From the IMG/VR virus record IMGVR_UViG_3300029951_000019: DNA of 64,000 bases. One strand, given 5' to 3'. Below the pieces are notes generated by a model. The model made no database searches and was not told where the DNA came from. It saw only the letters and a program-made list of their open reading frames with translations. A program made the translations under genes and the position numbers. The DNA comes from an uncultured virus (IMG/VR IMGVR_UViG_3300029951_000019). Lineage: Duplodnaviria; Heunggongvirae; Uroviricota; Caudoviricetes. Of the stretch, positions 60,226 through 64,000 are shown piece after piece. Each line of letters begins with the position of its first letter. The first letter of the stretch is position 1.

Positions 60226-60816
60226 CTACAGGCCGAGCAGCCGGGCCTTCGCCGCAGCGAACTCCTCGGGCGACAGTACGCCCGACGCGGCCAGCTGCTG
60301 CAGCTTTCCGAGCTCATCCGCGACAGAGCCGACACCAGGCTGAGCAACTGGCTGCTGGAACCGCGCCCGGATGCCGCGGGCTTGTAGCAGGTCGTTGAAC
60401 TCGGCGGCACGCTTGGCCTGGGTGGTGATGTTGAAGCCGGTGAGCATCTCCAGGCGGAGCACGATCGCGGCACCGGTGTCGTCGGTGTAGTGGATGTGGA
60501 TGTTGTTGTTCTGTTCCAGGCCGCGTGTCCCGTTGCGGGAGCCCGCCGACAGGAGTGCCTCGGCGCCGGTGACCTGCCGGCGGACGATCTGCACGTCGCT
60601 GATCGCGGCGTAGGGGATCCTGAGCGGCGGCCAGAACTTCTTGCTGCCGATGGTGGGGCTGAGGCCGAAGCGGTCGTCCCAGGTCCGCAGGATAATCTCG
60701 CCGACCTTCGCCTTCGGTAGCGCGGCGAGGCCGCCCCGGTAGCTGACCTTGTACTCGGCGATCGGCACCGGCGCCCCGTCGACCGGCGTCGGCTTGCTGC
60801 TCTTGAACAGTCCCAT
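60226..60816 (-). CDS. PH-like plus SHOCT domain protein (moron on opposite strand)
   Basis: SVADELGKLQQLAASGVLSPEEFAAAKARLL. Confidence 0.85.
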   Translation of the reverse strand: MGLFKSSKPTPVDGAPVPIAEYKVSYRGGLAALPKAKVGEIILRTWDDRFGLSPTIGSKKFWPPLRIPYAAISDVQIVRRQVTGAEALLSAGSRNGTRGLEQNNNIHIHYTDDTGAAIVLRLEMLTGFNITTQAKRAAEFNDLLQARGIRARFQQPVAQPGVGSVADELGKLQQLAASGVLSPEEFAAAKARLLGL

Positions 60817-60978
60817 GGTGTCCCCCTGGGGTTCGGTGGGCGGCCAGCTTCGCAGCGCCACATGATCCACCGTCAGCACGTTACGCAACGGTGACGCACG
60901 GTTCGATATCCGCGCGCGCCGATGGACGGCGGCGCCCTTCACGACCGGCCACCCGGCAAATCCCACGAGCGGAGCATC

Positions 60979-61722
60979 ATGGCCCAGGCAGGCGAGCAGG
61001 AACCCGTCGTCACCGGACGCGTCAACACCGACATCACCGTTGACCACCTGACCGTCAACCGGGGCGCGAACCTGACCAATCAGACCACTGCCCCCGCGAC
61101 CCCGTCCGGTGGTGCTGTCGTCTACTCCCAGTACGGCGTCGCCGTGTTCATGGACACCTCCGGCAATGTCACCTCGCTGAAGAACCCGGACCCGACGGCC
61201 GCGGACTCCGGTCTGATCGCCTGGTCCTTCGACCCGGCCGCAGCGGCATCGACGTTCCTGACCACCGCGGGGGTCGTGTACCTCTCGAAGGTCATCGTGA
61301 CGCAGCAGCAGACCCTCACCAACGGACTCGTCGAGGTATCTACGGCAGGTGGCACACTGACCGCGTCCGAGAACTACCTGGCGCTGTTCAACTCGACCGG
61401 CACGCAGATCGCGATCTCGGCTGACCAGAGCACGGCCTTCGCCAGCGCTGGCCTGATCACCGCTGCCTGGGCGAGCCCCGTAGTGAGCGCCGCCCCGGGT
61501 GCCTACTACGTTGGGGTGCTGTGCAACGGCGGCACCGCGATCACCCTGGCCTCAGGGTCGGCGCTCAAGCCCGGCGGCGTCTCGATCGGCAACGCCGGCC
61601 TGGCCACGGCGACGGGCCGGTTCCTGTCCTCGGGTACGTCGCAGACGGCGATGCCGCAGTCGGTGACGCTGGGCTCGGCGTCGGGCAACCTCGCCGCGAC
61701 GATCTGGGCAGCGATCAGCTAG
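60979..61722 (+). CDS. Virion protein paralogous to the C-terminal domain of the fibre at 52281
   Basis: GLIAWSFDP vs GLIAWNYDP; ENYLALFNSTGT vs ENLIGLYNSSGT; GAYYVG vs GKYYVG. Confidence 0.75.
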   Translation: MAQAGEQEPVVTGRVNTDITVDHLTVNRGANLTNQTTAPATPSGGAVVYSQYGVAVFMDTSGNVTSLKNPDPTAADSGLIAWSFDPAAAASTFLTTAGVVYLSKVIVTQQQTLTNGLVEVSTAGGTLTASENYLALFNSTGTQIAISADQSTAFASAGLITAAWASPVVSAAPGAYYVGVLCNGGTAITLASGSALKPGGVSIGNAGLATATGRFLSSGTSQTAMPQSVTLGSASGNLAATIWAAIS

Positions 61723-61791
61723 GGCCACCTGCGGGGCAGATGGCGACTTCAACTCCGCAGGTCTCGCTCAACGCACGGCGGGGGGCGATGG

Positions 61792-63255
61792 GTGAACGGC
61801 AGCATGATCGCCCTGTATCCGCCGCTTGACCTCGCCGAGCAGCTTGCCGTCCCTGGCGGCATCTTGCCCGAGTCCATGCATTGCACGATTGCCTACACGG
61901 GCCCGGCGGTCGGCGTCGACCGGGACACGCTGCGCAAGGTCGCGGCGAGCCTCGCCGACCGGCCACCGATCCAGGCAAGCATCTCCGGCCATGCCCGGTT
62001 CACCGGCGGCGAACTGGATGTCATCGTTGCCCTCGTCGACGGGCCCGGAATCGAGGACCTGCGCCGCGACACCCTTGATGTACTCGCCGCGCACGGCATA
62101 GACGTCCCGCGCGAGCACGGCCACACCGCGCACATCTCGATCGCATTCATCGACCCGGACGCCGAGTCGCCCATCGACCGCATCCCGTGCACGCCCGTCC
62201 TGTTCACCACGGTCAACGCCGTCCACGCAGGCGACCGCACCGGCTACACCCTCGCCAGTGAGACCGCCAGCAGTCTGCGCGAGGACGCCCGGACCGCATT
62301 CGCCACGGGCTGGGCCAGCGTCCGCGACGCCCCGATGACCGACGAGGTCCGCGCAGCCTCGATCGCCGCAGTCGAATGGGCGTGCGGGCATCCCGATGCC
62401 CCGGCCGTCCTCGAAGCCACCATCAAGATCGGGCAGCTTGAAGGGACCTGGGCGCTGATCTACCAGCGCCGCGAGAAGCGCGAGAAGCAGCACCAGGCCG
62501 CAGTCCTCGCCGCCTGGGCCAAGTGCCTGCAACTCATCTCCCTCGACGAACTCGTCGGAAGCTTCCACGCCCAAGCACCCAATCTGCCCGACCAGTCGCC
62601 GCAGGCCATCAGGATGCAGGCCCTCGCCATCGCACGCCAAGCATTCATTGGCGCCAACATGGCCGACCCCGCCTACCAGAAGTTCCTCGACAGCATCACC
62701 ACTGCGCTGGGTGATGCCCAGGCTGAAGGTGCAGCGGCAGGGCGTGCCATCAGCGGCAGCAAGCACGACATGGCCGCCGCCTACGACTCAGCCCGCGACG
62801 ACATCAGCGACCTCACGACCTGGGGGCAGGCACCACCCGTCGCAGCGAAAATCATGTCCGGCGCGGCTTCGACACTCGCGCGACTCCTCGCCAAGGGCTT
62901 CGCCGCGAAGCTGACCCTCGCAGCGCTCCTCGCCGCCGTCCGCGCCGCACTCACCGGCGACGGCGCCACCCCGGTCACCGCCCCCCTCGACATGGCCATG
63001 GGCCAGGCATGGAGCAGCGGCGCGGTCGGCACATTCACTGACGGCGGCGTCACCATGCTCAACTACTGGACCGCCGGCGGCAACAACGTCTGCGCGGCCT
63101 GCCAGGACGCCGAGAGCGGCAGCCCGTACGCCATCGCCGACGCGCCCGTGCCGCCGCTTCACCCGAACTGTCGCTGTGTGCTTTCGCCGGCGGATGCCGA
63201 TGTCCCCGGCGCTCCCCCGCCGTCAACCGCGATCCCCGACGAAGGCGAGGAGTAG
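61792..63255 (+). CDS. 2H phosphoesterase fused to MuF/SPP1 gp7-like minor head protein
   Basis: HCTIAY and HISIAF HxT/S motifs; C-terminal VCAAC...PPLHPNCRC. Confidence 0.82.
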   Translation: MNGSMIALYPPLDLAEQLAVPGGILPESMHCTIAYTGPAVGVDRDTLRKVAASLADRPPIQASISGHARFTGGELDVIVALVDGPGIEDLRRDTLDVLAAHGIDVPREHGHTAHISIAFIDPDAESPIDRIPCTPVLFTTVNAVHAGDRTGYTLASETASSLREDARTAFATGWASVRDAPMTDEVRAASIAAVEWACGHPDAPAVLEATIKIGQLEGTWALIYQRREKREKQHQAAVLAAWAKCLQLISLDELVGSFHAQAPNLPDQSPQAIRMQALAIARQAFIGANMADPAYQKFLDSITTALGDAQAEGAAAGRAISGSKHDMAAAYDSARDDISDLTTWGQAPPVAAKIMSGAASTLARLLAKGFAAKLTLAALLAAVRAALTGDGATPVTAPLDMAMGQAWSSGAVGTFTDGGVTMLNYWTAGGNNVCAACQDAESGSPYAIADAPVPPLHPNCRCVLSPADADVPGAPPPSTAIPDEGEE

Positions 63256-63257
63256 CT

Positions 63258-63629
63258 GTGGCGATCTATCCGTACGGCCGCAAGGTCTGGTCCCTGGACG
63301 GCGCCTCCCTCATTGGGGCGTCCAGCACCTCCTCCGTGGTTCTGGACATCCACGACGTCACCGACCTGTGGCTCGCCGCCTTCGTCGCGAACGCCCCCAG
63401 CGGCACGACCCCGACACTCACCGTCCAGGTCGACCTCCTCGACCAGGACGCCAACGTCTACCCTGCCGCCCTGGCACTGACCGCGCTCACGGCAGCTGGC
63501 CATCAGTCCGGGTCCTGCGGCCTGCACACCTCGAACCTGGTCCTGCCGATGCTGTGCCAGGTCACGTGGACGCTCGGCGGCACCACCCCCGCGTTCACTG
63601 GTGTGACGCTCAGCCTGTACGGCAGGTGA
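63258..63629 (+). CDS. Small beta-rich virion protein
   Basis: GAGGAG RBS; SGTTPTLTV...WTLGGTTPAFT. Confidence 0.65.
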   Translation: MAIYPYGRKVWSLDGASLIGASSTSSVVLDIHDVTDLWLAAFVANAPSGTTPTLTVQVDLLDQDANVYPAALALTALTAAGHQSGSCGLHTSNLVLPMLCQVTWTLGGTTPAFTGVTLSLYGR

Positions 63630-63846
63630 CCGTGTACATGCGACCGGCCAGGGCGCCGGGACGGCACCACGACGAAGCCACCGCTGAGGTCGAGTTCCGC
63701 GACTGGCTGATCACCGCCATCGACGAGGATTCGCGTGTCCGCGAGGCGATCCTGCGGCTGTTCGCCGCCGACCGGGCCCGCAAGAAGCCCGCACCTCCCC
63801 CTGCAGCCACGGCGCGCGCCGCCCGGACCCGCCGAGGAGGTAGCTG

Positions 63847-64000
63847 ATGGCCGCCGCTGCGCTCAAGCCATTCACCGGCACATTCCTGTACCCAGGCGTC
63901 AGCCTCAACCGGTGTCTGTACACCAAGGAGCTGATCGGTAAGGCCGTCGCTCGGATGCAGGAGCGCATCGCAGATCCCGACGCCCTACCGATTGTGATGC
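63847..64000 (+). CDS. Probable capsid maturation protease (5' part, truncated by window edge)
   Basis: GGAGG RBS; PGVSLNRCLYTKELI motif; position after portal/MuF. Confidence 0.5.
   Translation, partial: MAAAALKPFTGTFLYPGVSLNRCLYTKELIGKAVARMQERIADPDALPIVM

Larger units (their letters stand above)
1..64000. mobile_element. Actinobacterial temperate phage / plasmid-phage (partial; ends not in window)
   Basis: Terminase, portal, MuF-like head protein, CI/Cro switch, DnaB plus initiator, tRNA cluster, and dense small overlapping ORFs with ATGA/GTGA coupling. Confidence 0.93.

Noticed and set aside
54220..61722. Fibre-tip duplication as a diversity-generating retroelement TR/VR pair
   Set aside because: Both copies are intact ORFs diverged at all base types, not adenine-specific; no RT gene in the window

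Overview
High-GC actinobacterial (Streptomycetaceae-like) temperate phage or plasmid-phage segment. No integrase, major capsid or tail tape-measure gene is recognisable in the window. Layout: (1) 61-9.8k, a rightward array of small overlapping early genes. (2) 9.9k-24.7k, a leftward operon with a PNK-type HAD phosphatase, an RlaP/YcgL-type nucleotidyltransferase, a processive GT2 synthase, an HNH nuclease, a truncated DNA methylase, DnaB, an iteron-containing initiator and Cro. (3) A CI/Cro switch with five operator boxes, an AbrB-RelE toxin-antitoxin pair and ParB. (4) 31-40k, a Streptomyces-type conjugation module (DUF2637, FtsK/TraB ATPase, Mrr-like nuclease). (5) A late-regulator region and a tRNA cluster (Met, His, Asn, Thr) containing a circularly permuted, anticodon-less tRNA mimic. 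(6) Virion fibre genes, terminase, portal and a 2H-phosphoesterase/MuF fusion. The two strongest oddities are a terminase intein whose HNH endonuclease is overprinted in another reading frame with its own leaderless promoter, and the permuted tRNA-like (YrlA-like) RNA. All family calls come from motif recognition by eye, not database searches.
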